From a virus, in IMG/VR virus record IMGVR_UViG_3300031566_000001, positions 32,001-96,000 of that record: a stretch of 64,000 bases of DNA; one strand, given 5' to 3'. Position 1 is the first letter of the stretch; each line of letters opens with the position of its first letter. Under the pieces are notes generated by a model that saw only the letters and a list, made by a program, of their open reading frames with translations, had not been told where the DNA came from and searched no databases. Positions 37,092 through 46,461 of this stretch are shown in pieces. The position numbers were made by a program, and so were the translations under genes.

Positions 37092-37766
37092 ATGGATAAG
37101 GAATGGCTTGAGAGAAGGCTGTATAAGCGAGTGGGAACCATCTACGGTGTCCAAGAAAAGACTGAGGACGTTGACACCATCGCCGCCCAGCACGAGCAGG
37201 ATGTAGCGAGCTTGGTAGCGGTTCGTGATATGTACGCCATAGAGATAGAGGGTCTACAGGCGCAGGTGGCGGAGATGGGCGGGGCGCTGGAGTATACGCT
37301 TGTTCGGCTGAAGCCTCTCCTTGAACTAATGCGCGAAGACAGAAGGCCGACAGAGTGGGTGGAGAAGATAGAAAAGGCCCTCACCGGTGCGCCGAAGGTG
37401 CTCTATCGTGTTCTCGGTAAACTCGCAAATCTAGATCCGGAGTTGATTCCAGTTGTGCATATATGCCAGGGGCAACCCATAGATTTGTGCACGACACATC
37501 TATTTCACTATGGGAAGATAAGCGGTTCTCCTGTCGCTGTGCTAGTGCTTGAGTGTCCACCCAAGGGCGAACAGGGCTATAAGCGAGCCAGGGGCGTGAT
37601 CTCGCTGGGGGGCAAACGGCCAGAGGATGTGATAGCGGAGATGAGAGGTAGGCCCACGGAGAGCGAACAGGACTTCCCCGGGATCGAGGCGTTTGACGTG
37701 GAGCCGGATGGAAGAATCAAGCGCGTAGAGAGCGAACAGGAGGAGGCCACGGATGAGGCTAATTAA
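37092..37766 (+). CDS. hypothetical protein
   Basis: Strong RBS after the hairpin at 37021-37078. Confidence 0.6.
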   Translation: MDKEWLERRLYKRVGTIYGVQEKTEDVDTIAAQHEQDVASLVAVRDMYAIEIEGLQAQVAEMGGALEYTLVRLKPLLELMREDRRPTEWVEKIEKALTGAPKVLYRVLGKLANLDPELIPVVHICQGQPIDLCTTHLFHYGKISGSPVAVLVLECPPKGEQGYKRARGVISLGGKRPEDVIAEMRGRPTESEQDFPGIEAFDVEPDGRIKRVESEQEEATDEAN

Positions 37767-37950
37767 GCGCATTTGCGAGGGCTGTATTGGAGATGTGGGG
37801 ATTTGTCGGGAGAGGGGGATCATCAACAGACTAGAGAGCGTGAGGCGTGTGCTGTCAACCGAGTATACTGACGCCTTTGATTTGCTGGCGGGCATGGCGT
37901 CTTGTCCCAACAAGAAGAGCTTCAGGCGCGAGGAGGCCACTGATGACTAA
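37753..37950 (+). CDS. hypothetical protein
   Basis: AGGAGG RBS. Confidence 0.5.
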   Translation: MRLIKRICEGCIGDVGICRERGIINRLESVRRVLSTEYTDAFDLLAGMASCPNKKSFRREEATDD

Positions 37951-38167
37951 GTGCTTCTGCTTGGATTCACCGTTTGAGCGTATGCCCATCAATGTGAATG
38001 AGCGATGCCTGGATTGTCCTACCGATTGTGGGCACAACCCCAACGCCCTGAAATGGGATGGGACCTGCTTGATCTGTGCAATGGAATGGGCCGTTGAGCT
38101 ATTCGATGGCCTAGAGGAACGGCTTGCCACAGGCGCGTATGCAGACAGGGAGGCCACCGATGGATGA
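37943..38167 (+). CDS. hypothetical Cys-rich protein
   Basis: AGGAGG RBS. Confidence 0.5.
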   Translation: MTKCFCLDSPFERMPINVNERCLDCPTDCGHNPNALKWDGTCLICAMEWAVELFDGLEERLATGAYADREATDG

Positions 38168-38600
38168 GCAATTCAGTCAAGCCTACAAGGACTTCATGCT
38201 CAGCGATGAGGCGCAGGGGTTGCAGAAACACCTAGATATTCGCTTTGGGACCGCAATCCTTGCGCCGGTCATGGGGCATGACGTGATTGTATTCGTCACT
38301 GAGGTTGAGCACGACCCCAGTGCAGCGTGTGACTTCTATGCTATCTTCGAGGGCTCTGGTACGCCTAACGCATTTCTGCGTGAGGACGTGACGGTGCTCC
38401 CCTCCCTCTCCCAACTGCTCGGCGTCATCGAGGGGGCTGGGTGGGAGTGGCGCAAGTTTGCAGGATTAGTCTATGGATGGCCGATTGATCCTAACGCCAA
38501 AATCAATGCTGAATACCCTGTGTCATTTGACGACAAAGACCTTATGCTCGCCGCCGCAAAGCTGGCGGCGAGGGCGGTGGAGGAGGTCACTGATGGCTAG
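38160..38600 (+). CDS. hypothetical protein
   Basis: GGAGG RBS. Confidence 0.55.
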   Translation: MDEQFSQAYKDFMLSDEAQGLQKHLDIRFGTAILAPVMGHDVIVFVTEVEHDPSAACDFYAIFEGSGTPNAFLREDVTVLPSLSQLLGVIEGAGWEWRKFAGLVYGWPIDPNAKINAEYPVSFDDKDLMLAAAKLAARAVEEVTDG

Positions 38601-39066
38601 GGTTATTGTTAATTGTGGAGTAGTCCCTATTCAGCAAGGGGAGCAGGCTGATGGGGTGATCACCTTTGGTAAGCACGCAGGCCAGAAGCTGGGTGATGAG
38701 AGCATTTCATTCCGTTACCTGGCATGGGTCTATGCCTGGCTGGAGAACAACAGCCTACCCCCGAGCCTGGTTCATGTGCTGGAGCTAGTCTGGTACTGGG
38801 GTGACCGCAAGTGCTCCGAGGCCCAGCAGGGGGACGATAGGGAGTTCGACGAGTACGTGGACGAGGCCCGGCTGGGCATGGATGAGGCCTTCAAGGAAGA
38901 GAGTGAGGCCAAGAGATTGCAGGGTTTCCAGATGACCTACGACTATGATCCGGACCGGGACAACTGGGGCGTGGTGAGCCTGCGGGAGAAGCGTGTCCGA
39001 GACAAGGAACGGGCTCGTGAGAAGGCTGGTAAGGTTGTGGCGGAGGCAGTGGGGGGCAATGGCTAG
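38593..39066 (+). CDS. DUF3820/ExoX-C-like motif protein
   Basis: ITFGKHAGQKL.....YLAW. Confidence 0.55.
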   Translation: MARVIVNCGVVPIQQGEQADGVITFGKHAGQKLGDESISFRYLAWVYAWLENNSLPPSLVHVLELVWYWGDRKCSEAQQGDDREFDEYVDEARLGMDEAFKEESEAKRLQGFQMTYDYDPDRDNWGVVSLREKRVRDKERAREKAGKVVAEAVGGNG

Positions 39067-39427
39067 GGCTGGCAGGCATATCATCAACCGCGTCTACTGG
39101 GCGGCTCAGGGGGCGATGGGAGCGGACTGGTCCGAGTCCGACCAGGGTATGAACAAGGCGCTTATCGGATATCTACTGGACCGGGGCTATTCTGAGAAGG
39201 ACATCATTAGCTGCGCAAGCTATGTGGGCCGGGAGCGATACATTGGCATAACGGATATGCGGCGTGTGCGCAACGTCATTGCGGCCTGGATACGGTCTGG
39301 TAGGCCTGAGGCACCCATGAAACCCGGTGAGGTTGTACGGCTGGGCAAGATAGAGGATTATGGGCGGCTGGGGCAGAAGGTGGATCATTGGACAGAGCGA
39401 TTACGGAGGCGGAGAAAAGCTGAATGA
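39059..39427 (+). CDS. hypothetical protein, possibly replication-associated
   Basis: Directly upstream of and coupled to the DnaC-like ATPase. Confidence 0.5.
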   Translation: MARAGRHIINRVYWAAQGAMGADWSESDQGMNKALIGYLLDRGYSEKDIISCASYVGRERYIGITDMRRVRNVIAAWIRSGRPEAPMKPGEVVRLGKIEDYGRLGQKVDHWTERLRRRRKAE

Positions 39428-40371
39428 CCGGCTTTGCCCGCATAGAGGTCCTCACTAGCCGCATAGATGCACTGCGGTCTGCGTGGCAGCCGGGGGACCC
39501 CTTACCTGATTATGAGGTTGCCTTCGATGATGAAACGTGGCCCAGGGAGCGGCTACTGGAGGTTTTTCCTGAGAAGCGGGTTCCGTGGGCCTATGACCGG
39601 GGGGCGTGCCTTTGTGCAGGTCGTGTGGGGGATTGTCCCATGTGTCACGGCTCCGGCAAGTTGTGCCCCCGCTGCGGCGGGGCTGGGTATCTGGTAGAGT
39701 CGGGGGGCGGCATTACGGAGTGCACTTGCGGCTTTGCTCAAGAGCGGTACCTGCAGGCTTTGGTGGAGGAATCATCGTTTACCCCACACATGGGGGGCTG
39801 GACTTTTGAGAACGTGATGGGGAACCAGCCGGACCTTCTAGAGCTGGCTAGGGATGTGGAGGAGTGGACCAAGATCATGCTGGAGCAGCGCAAAGGATGG
39901 CTGTTTATGAACTCTTTGCCGGGTCGGGGCAAATCATACTTGGGAGCCTGTGTGCTCAACAAGGCGCGGACCTCTGGCATGGGTGGGGTGTTCTTCACGG
40001 GACCGGAGCTGGAGGAGTTTCTAAAGAGCCGCTTAGCACCTGGTGGGGGCCGCTATGAGAGCTTCCTGGAGTGGCTGATGGCTCTCAAACATACCCCACT
40101 GTTGGTCCTGGATGAGTACGGTACACAGCACACTAGCGACTGGGTAGCGGCCCGGTTCCGTGACCTTCTGGAGTTTCGTAGTGACCGGAGCGGGTTTCTG
40201 CCCACGGTGTTACTCACGAACATGACGGACCATGAGATGCCTGAGTGGCTGCTGAGTCGTCTCAGTTCACCGGAGGTTTACTGGCCGGGGACCATGGCGG
40301 CGCTCCCTGATTTGCGGCTATTGCGGGAGTTGAACCTAGACGGTGATGATATGGAGAATGCAGAGCTGTGA
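39424..40371 (+). CDS. DnaC/IstB-like ATPase (helicase loader)
   Basis: Zn-finger N-terminus, TFEN, PGRGKSYL, LLVLDEYG, TVLLTN, LLSRL. Confidence 0.85.
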   Translation: MTGFARIEVLTSRIDALRSAWQPGDPLPDYEVAFDDETWPRERLLEVFPEKRVPWAYDRGACLCAGRVGDCPMCHGSGKLCPRCGGAGYLVESGGGITECTCGFAQERYLQALVEESSFTPHMGGWTFENVMGNQPDLLELARDVEEWTKIMLEQRKGWLFMNSLPGRGKSYLGACVLNKARTSGMGGVFFTGPELEEFLKSRLAPGGGRYESFLEWLMALKHTPLLVLDEYGTQHTSDWVAARFRDLLEFRSDRSGFLPTVLLTNMTDHEMPEWLLSRLSSPEVYWPGTMAALPDLRLLRELNLDGDDMENAEL

Positions 40372-40667
40372 GATTGTATCGTGTTGTTGTAGGGCCTGAG
40401 AAGGTCAGGGTACCTTATGAGCCGGTGGAGACGTTTCGGGACCGGTTGGTATTACCCTTGACCCGATTCCGGGAGGAGCACGGGCAGGAGCCGAACCGCT
40501 GCTACGTGGGCATGAGCTTTCCGGATTCTTTGCCTGCGCCGATGGGGCAGGTCTCATTCCGTAGGCAGACCCTGTTGGCAGAGAATGAGGTATTGATAGG
40601 CGTGGAGATCGAAACACAGTTAGGGGGAGGAGATCATGAGTGGTTCATTGAGCGTGCAGTCGGGTAA
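40368..40667 (+). CDS. hypothetical protein
   Basis: GTGA overlap. Confidence 0.5.
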   Translation: MRLYRVVVGPEKVRVPYEPVETFRDRLVLPLTRFREEHGQEPNRCYVGMSFPDSLPAPMGQVSFRRQTLLAENEVLIGVEIETQLGGGDHEWFIERAVG

Positions 40668-41487
40668 GCTGAATCGGACTTTGGCGAACGTGGATGAGCA
40701 GGGCGCCTTGGTCATGGTGCGCCAGGTTCACAGCGGCCAGATAGACCTGGGTATGGAGGCCGCGTCTTCCTGGGCGCTTCTGGTAGACATGGCGACCAAG
40801 GTAGCGGAGTCGGCTGAGGACATGCAGATGGTGTCCTGGGCCAGGCAGCGGTGCTATGCCCTGGCGGAGGTGGAGGAGTCAGAGCGGTGGTTCTTGAGGG
40901 CTGAGCAGATTTGGCACTTCAAGAACGACCAGATGAGCGTGCAGCGCGTCCAGGACATAGACGCTGAGACGGCGATCATCACGGGGGAGGACAAGCGCCC
41001 CCTGTGGGCATGGGGGTCCGATTGTGAGAACTGGCCTGACTTCTGCACGGACGCCCTGGGCATCAAGTCGGAGCAGGCCCGCGTCTTGGAGCGTATGTAT
41101 GACCTGTACGCCGTGAGGATGAACCTGCCCATGGAGGAGATCCTACGGCGCGGCAAGGCGAAGCAAGTCGTAGCCTTGGGGCTGGCGGAGTATCAGTGGG
41201 AGAATCAGGGCGCGATAGATGAGGACTTAGAAACCCTACTCAAGGAGGGCACCTGGCATGAGGTCCGTGAGTACGTGCAGGGGATGCGGAATAAGGTCGT
41301 GGCGGAGTACCGCAAGCCGTTGACTACTGACGGGGACGGCAAGATCACGTTCTGGGATGAGAACAGTTTGACCCTGGAGTTCGGGACCATCGTGCTCTAT
41401 GACCCGCCGGAGGAGTTGGGTGCGCGGGACAAGAGCATTTGGAAGCGGAGAATGCATGCCTTGATGGAGACTGTGGGGTTAGAATGA
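40636..41487 (+). CDS. hypothetical protein
   Basis: GGAGG RBS, 283 aa. Confidence 0.6.
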   Translation: MSGSLSVQSGKLNRTLANVDEQGALVMVRQVHSGQIDLGMEAASSWALLVDMATKVAESAEDMQMVSWARQRCYALAEVEESERWFLRAEQIWHFKNDQMSVQRVQDIDAETAIITGEDKRPLWAWGSDCENWPDFCTDALGIKSEQARVLERMYDLYAVRMNLPMEEILRRGKAKQVVALGLAEYQWENQGAIDEDLETLLKEGTWHEVREYVQGMRNKVVAEYRKPLTTDGDGKITFWDENSLTLEFGTIVLYDPPEELGARDKSIWKRRMHALMETVGLE

Positions 41488-41747
41488 TGGCATACTGGGA
41501 TAGCCAGAAGCAAGTCGTCGTCCATATTCCAACGGAACCCCATCCTATCAATCCGGGGTGGGAGATAGTGGATTGCTCCTGCTGTGGTGGCTTGGAGTGG
41601 GGGGGTGATTATCCCAGAGAGTGCTCTACTTGCCAGGGTATAGGTCGCTACTGCCGTCACATAGAATCCGGTGCCTTGGCGCTTTACCCTGGTGGACCGT
41701 TTGTAGGACGTGAGCGGGTTATCAGGAGCACGGTGGGGTTGGGATGA
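41484..41747 (+). CDS. hypothetical Cys-containing protein
   Basis: DCSCCGG...CSTCQG. Confidence 0.55.
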   Translation: MMAYWDSQKQVVVHIPTEPHPINPGWEIVDCSCCGGLEWGGDYPRECSTCQGIGRYCRHIESGALALYPGGPFVGRERVIRSTVGLG

Positions 41748-42409
41748 ACAGATACGCGGAGTTTGGCCCCATCGTCAAGGGGCATACCATCTACAAAAAG
41801 CCTGACGGTGTGATAGTGCCCGGTGTCTCCACCATCACGGGTCAGCTGTCTAAGCCCCGTCTCATAGACTGGGCGGCCAACGTGACGCGGCGGGGCCTGG
41901 ATCACCGGGCCATCCTGGAAGAGAGTGGTCGTGTGGGCACGCTTGCTCACGAGATGGTGCAGTGTCACCTCATGGGCGGTGAACCGAACTTGGCCAACTA
42001 TTCAGCTACTCAGGTGGCCCTGGCGCGGAACTCCATGGCGAAGTTCCTGCAATATTGTGAGCGGCACAAGGCGGAGCCGCTGTTTATGGAGCACCCATTG
42101 GTCTCTGAGGAATACGGCTATGGTGGTACGCCGGACTTCTACGGTTTGTTGGACGGCGTACCTGCACAACTGGACTGGAAGACTGGCTCTAATGTGTTTG
42201 AGGGGCACCGCCTACAGGCCGCGGCGTATTGGAATCTGCTGGTGGAGAACGGTCATGAAGTGAAGAGGGTGCGTATTCTACGCATTGGGAGGGAGGAGGG
42301 CGGGGGTTATCAGGAGAGCGGTGTGGGCCGCTTGGAGGAGCGCCTGGGTGTGTTCCTGGATTTGCTGTCGGCATATCAAGGGCGGTTAGAATTGGGAGAA
42401 GTTGAGTGA
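41744..42409 (+). CDS. PD-(D/E)XK exonuclease
   Basis: PGVSTI, GTLAH, YGGTPD, DWKTG, LQAAAY. Confidence 0.85.
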   Translation: MNRYAEFGPIVKGHTIYKKPDGVIVPGVSTITGQLSKPRLIDWAANVTRRGLDHRAILEESGRVGTLAHEMVQCHLMGGEPNLANYSATQVALARNSMAKFLQYCERHKAEPLFMEHPLVSEEYGYGGTPDFYGLLDGVPAQLDWKTGSNVFEGHRLQAAAYWNLLVENGHEVKRVRILRIGREEGGGYQESGVGRLEERLGVFLDLLSAYQGRLELGEVE

Positions 42410-42560
42410 GTATGGATAGGACTGACCGGTTCCTATTGGTAGCGGCCCGCATACTCTTGGCAGTTCTAATCATCGGGCTGTGCCTGCTGTGCCAGGCGTT
42501 CACGTGGATGGGGTACCTGGAGTATTGGGTACCGAAACTGTTGGGGGGAGGATAGTGGTT

Positions 42561-42764
42561 ATGAGAGGATATGCAGTAGATCCCATGGCGTTGGCTGATT
42601 CGCTGGGCATACCGCGAGACGAGGTGGCGTCGTTGTTAGAATCAAGCGATCACCCCTATGATTGCCGGTGCAACGAGTGCCGTGAGTGGTGGCGCCAGAT
42701 GGGGCCTGACCCCGATACCGGTGAACATGGGCCGTTCACTGCGGAGGAGGTAAGGGGTGACTAA
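42561..42764 (+). CDS. hypothetical protein
   Basis: HPYDCRCNECREWW. Confidence 0.5.
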   Translation: MRGYAVDPMALADSLGIPRDEVASLLESSDHPYDCRCNECREWWRQMGPDPDTGEHGPFTAEEVRGD

Positions 42765-43023
42765 GACGAAGCGATCTGATATGCGCGGGCAGGCTGTATA
42801 CCGCGATCCGGTGTTTTATCCCTATAGACGACTGGCAGCGAGTCGGGTGGTGCGGGACATACAAGAGCATAATGGAGGCTTGCTGGGTTTAGTACAGCAC
42901 CGGAATTTCACGTGGGTAGTAGTGGCAAAGGACGCGAACGCCCCGAGGTGGTATGTAGATAGAATGCTGACGGTGGAATGGGTAAAACAGGGCAAGGCAG
43001 GCCGTTCAGCATGGATGAGGTAG
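42757..43023 (+). CDS. hypothetical protein
   Basis: GGAGG upstream, overlaps neighbours. Confidence 0.5.
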   Translation: MTKTKRSDMRGQAVYRDPVFYPYRRLAASRVVRDIQEHNGGLLGLVQHRNFTWVVVAKDANAPRWYVDRMLTVEWVKQGKAGRSAWMR

Positions 43024-43625
43024 AGGTGAGCGATACTGTCACCGTCGCGGCTCTGGACCTCGGATATTTGCGCACCGGTTATGCTGTCATCCGTCAGCCC
43101 GGCGACCAGGTTCTCAAGTATGGTGTCATCAAGGCTGAGCCGTACCGGGCCAAAGTAACTGAACTGGTCCACGTCAAGCGGGCCAAGTCCGCCTTCGACG
43201 GCCTACGGCTGGCGCTGTACTATGCCGATGAGGATCACGGACCCCTGGATGCTCTGGTCTATGAAGAGCCTCAGTGGGTGGGGGCTGCTTTGCGCAGGGG
43301 CAAGATGTCCAAGGCCTCGGTGCTGGCCCTGGGTGCGGCCCTGGAGCGGATGTACCTGGTCCTGGTGGCGGTGGGCTGGTCCTGTGTGGAACCCAAGAGC
43401 GGACGCGTTCAGATGAGGCCAGTATACTCCATAGACCCGGCGCGGTGGCAGCCGCTGTTCACCGGGGCGGGGCGGCTCCCAGCAGGGCAGATGAAGCCCC
43501 TGGTACGCCGATACGTCAAGATGCGCACCGGGATTGCACTCTCAGAGTCCGAGCACGATGCAGCCGACGCTATCGCTATTGGCATCGTGGCTGGCAAGCT
43601 GTTACAAATCGAGGGTAAGATATGA
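43011..43625 (+). CDS. RuvC-like Holliday junction resolvase
   Basis: ALDLGYLRTGYAV, LVYEEP, HDAADAIAI. Confidence 0.8.
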   Translation: MDEVEVSDTVTVAALDLGYLRTGYAVIRQPGDQVLKYGVIKAEPYRAKVTELVHVKRAKSAFDGLRLALYYADEDHGPLDALVYEEPQWVGAALRRGKMSKASVLALGAALERMYLVLVAVGWSCVEPKSGRVQMRPVYSIDPARWQPLFTGAGRLPAGQMKPLVRRYVKMRTGIALSESEHDAADAIAIGIVAGKLLQIEGKI

Positions 43626-43738
43626 TCCATCCTCCTCATCCTCCTCACACGCCTAGCAGGAAGGGGCGGGTGCTAGCCACACCCGCCCCGCTGGGCGGTA
43701 TCTGGGGCGCTGTGGCGCCCGCTAAGGGGGTTTATGCT

Positions 43739-44314
43739 ATGAACGGGGGGCTGGGTATGGATTCTCGGTTGTGGGCTATTCTGGTGGCTCTGGTGGTATT
43801 GTGTTGCTGCCCTGTGCCTGCGGTGGCAGGTATGGATCGTGGCGTGGAGGACCCCGTGCCGACCAACGTGTACCTGATGGCCTTGACGGTTCTGTACGAG
43901 GCCACGGGGCAGCCGGTGTTGGGGCAGGAGCTTGTGGCCCGCGTGGTGTTCAACCGGGTTGCCTGGATAGAGGCCGCCTACTTCGAGCAGGTAGTCTTTG
44001 CCGATGGGCAGTTCATGGCCTGGACTCCAGAGCGCAGATGGGCCTTCGCCCGTTGTCAGATCGAGCAGGACAGTGATCCCGCATGTTTTGACCGCATGGC
44101 CCTGGAGTGGCTAGGTTCTGCACCCGATGCCCGTGAGCGGTGGCTGGACCTGCTGGCCATGTCTATGGCGGTAGTGAACGGCGCGGCGGATCCGGTGGGC
44201 TGGGCTGGCGTGCGGTACTTCGACAATCCGCGGTTCTGGCCGGAGGGCGAGCCTCCGTGGGCGCCTGCGAAGGTGTTTGTGGGCCAAATTGGAGATCATT
44301 GCTTCTGGCGGTGA
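43739..44314 (+). CDS. SleB/Hydrolase_2-like cell wall hydrolase with signal peptide
   Basis: ALTVLYEATGQ...VARVVFNR, GQF, YFDNP, PPWA, IGDHCF. Confidence 0.8.
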   Translation: MNGGLGMDSRLWAILVALVVLCCCPVPAVAGMDRGVEDPVPTNVYLMALTVLYEATGQPVLGQELVARVVFNRVAWIEAAYFEQVVFADGQFMAWTPERRWAFARCQIEQDSDPACFDRMALEWLGSAPDARERWLDLLAMSMAVVNGAADPVGWAGVRYFDNPRFWPEGEPPWAPAKVFVGQIGDHCFWR

Positions 44315-44316
44315 GC

Positions 44317-44361
44317 CTTTTGTGCAAAAGCCGGGGTGACGGTTTCTTTTGCTGGCAAAGG
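44317..44361 (+). promoter_or_regulatory. bipartite palindromic operator
   Basis: CTTTTGTGCAAAAG, 15 bp, CTTTTGCTGGCAAAGG. Confidence 0.65.
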
Positions 44362-44395
44362 GTTGGGCTGTGGCATGATGGAAGGGGGAATAGCG

Positions 44396-44596
44396 ATGCA
44401 GATTGAGGTCAAGGGCGGCAAGCCTGGTTACGTGATTCGGAGCGGAAAGGATGCCCTGGAGTGTGTGACCATAGTAGAGACCTTCGTGGATTCTGATGCG
44501 GCGTACAATACTGATTATGGCGCAGCGGCCAATGGCCTGGACCGCTGGCTGAAGCGGATGATAGCCGAGGAGGATAGTCATGGACACCAGAGATGA
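44396..44596 (+). CDS. hypothetical protein
   Basis: RBS downstream of the operator. Confidence 0.5.
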   Translation: MQIEVKGGKPGYVIRSGKDALECVTIVETFVDSDAAYNTDYGAAANGLDRWLKRMIAEEDSHGHQR

Positions 44597-44831
44597 GTTC
44601 TGCGTGAAGTGCCGCCGCAAGATGCATGTGGCCAAGGTGGGCCAGGAGGTCCTGGAGCTGACTGAGAAGGGCACTCCGTACAGGCTCGCGGCTGGTGATG
44701 TGTTGGAGTGCCCTAAGTGTGGATATCAGGTCGTGACCCGCTTCGGCAAGGTCACTCCGCACTATGAGGCTGGATTCAATGAACTTGTGGGGCGTCTTCG
44801 CCGACGTGACCTGCTCCTGGAGGTGGTGTGA
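44580..44831 (+). CDS. hypothetical Zn-ribbon protein
   Basis: CVKC...CPKCG. Confidence 0.6.
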   Translation: MDTRDEFCVKCRRKMHVAKVGQEVLELTEKGTPYRLAAGDVLECPKCGYQVVTRFGKVTPHYEAGFNELVGRLRRRDLLLEVV

Positions 44832-45100
44832 TGCCTGATGACAGGTGTATCATCGTAGCCGTGCCCGTGGAGGTCAGTCAACGGGGTGAGATCGTCACCG
44901 GCTCCACCAAGGCAAGGTGCGCCGATTGTGACGCGGCGGTCTGGGTTGCGCCCAGCAGCCAGATTATGATGCGGAGGCAGACGTGTAAGGTGCTGTGTAT
45001 CCCCTGCGGCCTTGGAGCCATCGAGGAGGACCCGGATCCGGAGTTCAGTACCACTCATGAGGAGGCCTTCCGGTTGCTTACAGAGGAAGATAATGGTTGA
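44828..45100 (+). CDS. hypothetical Zn-binding protein
   Basis: CADC...CIPC. Confidence 0.55.
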   Translation: MMPDDRCIIVAVPVEVSQRGEIVTGSTKARCADCDAAVWVAPSSQIMMRRQTCKVLCIPCGLGAIEEDPDPEFSTTHEEAFRLLTEEDNG

Positions 45101-45827
45101 CAGCATAACAATCAACTGGAAGGATTCTGTTTGGAATGTACCCCTGGGTAGCTGGGAGCCGGTGGATGCTGTGTCCATTCGCCCTGTCCCGGCCCGTGAT
45201 GGTTGTCGCTGCGGGTCTTGCCGGTTTCTGGATCGTGAGGCTGAGGGCTGGAGATGCGCCAACTTCGTGAATATCCTTGCAACGAGGGCACTAAAGGGTA
45301 TGAGCCCCGTCAGTCCGCAGATGCGGCTCATGGCGTGCCTGGATTGGGAGGGCTACCCACCCCGCAACCCCGGCTGGTTCGCCTGCCCGCTGTGGCTCTC
45401 TGGTGAGTCTATGTCTACACGGGCCTATCGTGAGGGCCATTTTGGGGAGTTCTTAACACTGATGGCCCTGGCTGGGGCCGGGGAGCCTCACACCGAGTAC
45501 CGTACCCATGAGGGATCACAGGCACAGGGCGACCTGGCGGAGCTGGAACGGGCCGGTGCTGATATGAGGCGGAAGGACAAATGGTGGAAACTTCTAGGTA
45601 CGTGGAATCTTCCGGTTGATGGCTATCCTGGCGCACCCCATCCGATGAGCGGCCTGGTCAGCTTTGGGAGTACCCTGTCCACCAAGGCTGCGAGTTCCTT
45701 CGGGGGACTGTTATCACTTGTCACTACGGATTATCTCACGCAGAGCGAAGGGGCTTCTGTGGAGGTGTCCCGTCATGCCAATTGCCGGTGTGCAATTGTT
45801 GATGATGTGGAGGATGAGCTGGAGTAG
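45093..45827 (+). CDS. hypothetical protein
   Basis: Cys-rich; C-terminal HANCRC. Confidence 0.55.
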   Translation: MVDSITINWKDSVWNVPLGSWEPVDAVSIRPVPARDGCRCGSCRFLDREAEGWRCANFVNILATRALKGMSPVSPQMRLMACLDWEGYPPRNPGWFACPLWLSGESMSTRAYREGHFGEFLTLMALAGAGEPHTEYRTHEGSQAQGDLAELERAGADMRRKDKWWKLLGTWNLPVDGYPGAPHPMSGLVSFGSTLSTKAASSFGGLLSLVTTDYLTQSEGASVEVSRHANCRCAIVDDVEDELE

Positions 45828-45841
45828 TCTTTGACCCCTAC

Positions 45842-45870
45842 TTGACAAGTTACAAACTATGCTGTACAAT
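45842..45870 (+). promoter_or_regulatory. sigma70 promoter for the packaging/structural operon
   Basis: TTGACA-N17-TACAAT, followed by a GC hairpin at ~45883-45919. Confidence 0.75.
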
Positions 45871-45966
45871 GTGACGGAGCATTAGCCCCGTCTACCCGGA
45901 CGGCGGGTGGGCGGGGCTTTGCCATTACAGGTCGTCTGTATCTGTTGTCAGTAAAGGATTTGTTAG

Positions 45967-46461
45967 GTGCCCAAGAATCAAAGCCCTCATACCGTGAGCC
46001 ATAAGGTCCTGGTGGCCTTGCGTAGGCGGCAGGTGGCAAGCCTGCGGCTTCGGGGGTACACGGAGCGGGAGATAGCCGACGAGCTTGCCAACGAGGGCAT
46101 GCTGAACCCCAGGACGGGCATGCCCTGGACGCAACAGACTATGAACAATGACCTCAAAGCTATTCGTGAAGACTGGCGCAAGCGTGCTGCTGAGGACATC
46201 GCCGAACACATAGCCCGCATCCTGGCGGAGCTCTCTGAGGTCAAACGCTCTGCGTGGGCTGAGAAGGACTACCAGGCCATCTTGCGGGCCATTGAGAAGG
46301 AAGCCAAGATACTTGGGGTAGACAGTCCTGATAAGCAGATCGTGATTGAGGGAGACCTGGAGACATTTCTATCCAGGCTGCCGGAGGAGTACCAGATTGC
46401 CATCCGCAACCTCATCCTCACCGACTTTGTCGGAGGCGGCCCTGCGAGGCTTCGCCCCTGA
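45967..46461 (+). CDS. terS: terminase small subunit (HTH)
   Basis: RRRQVASLRLRGYTEREIADEL HTH, AKILGVDSP; directly upstream of TerL. Confidence 0.7.
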   Translation: MPKNQSPHTVSHKVLVALRRRQVASLRLRGYTEREIADELANEGMLNPRTGMPWTQQTMNNDLKAIREDWRKRAAEDIAEHIARILAELSEVKRSAWAEKDYQAILRAIEKEAKILGVDSPDKQIVIEGDLETFLSRLPEEYQIAIRNLILTDFVGGGPARLRP

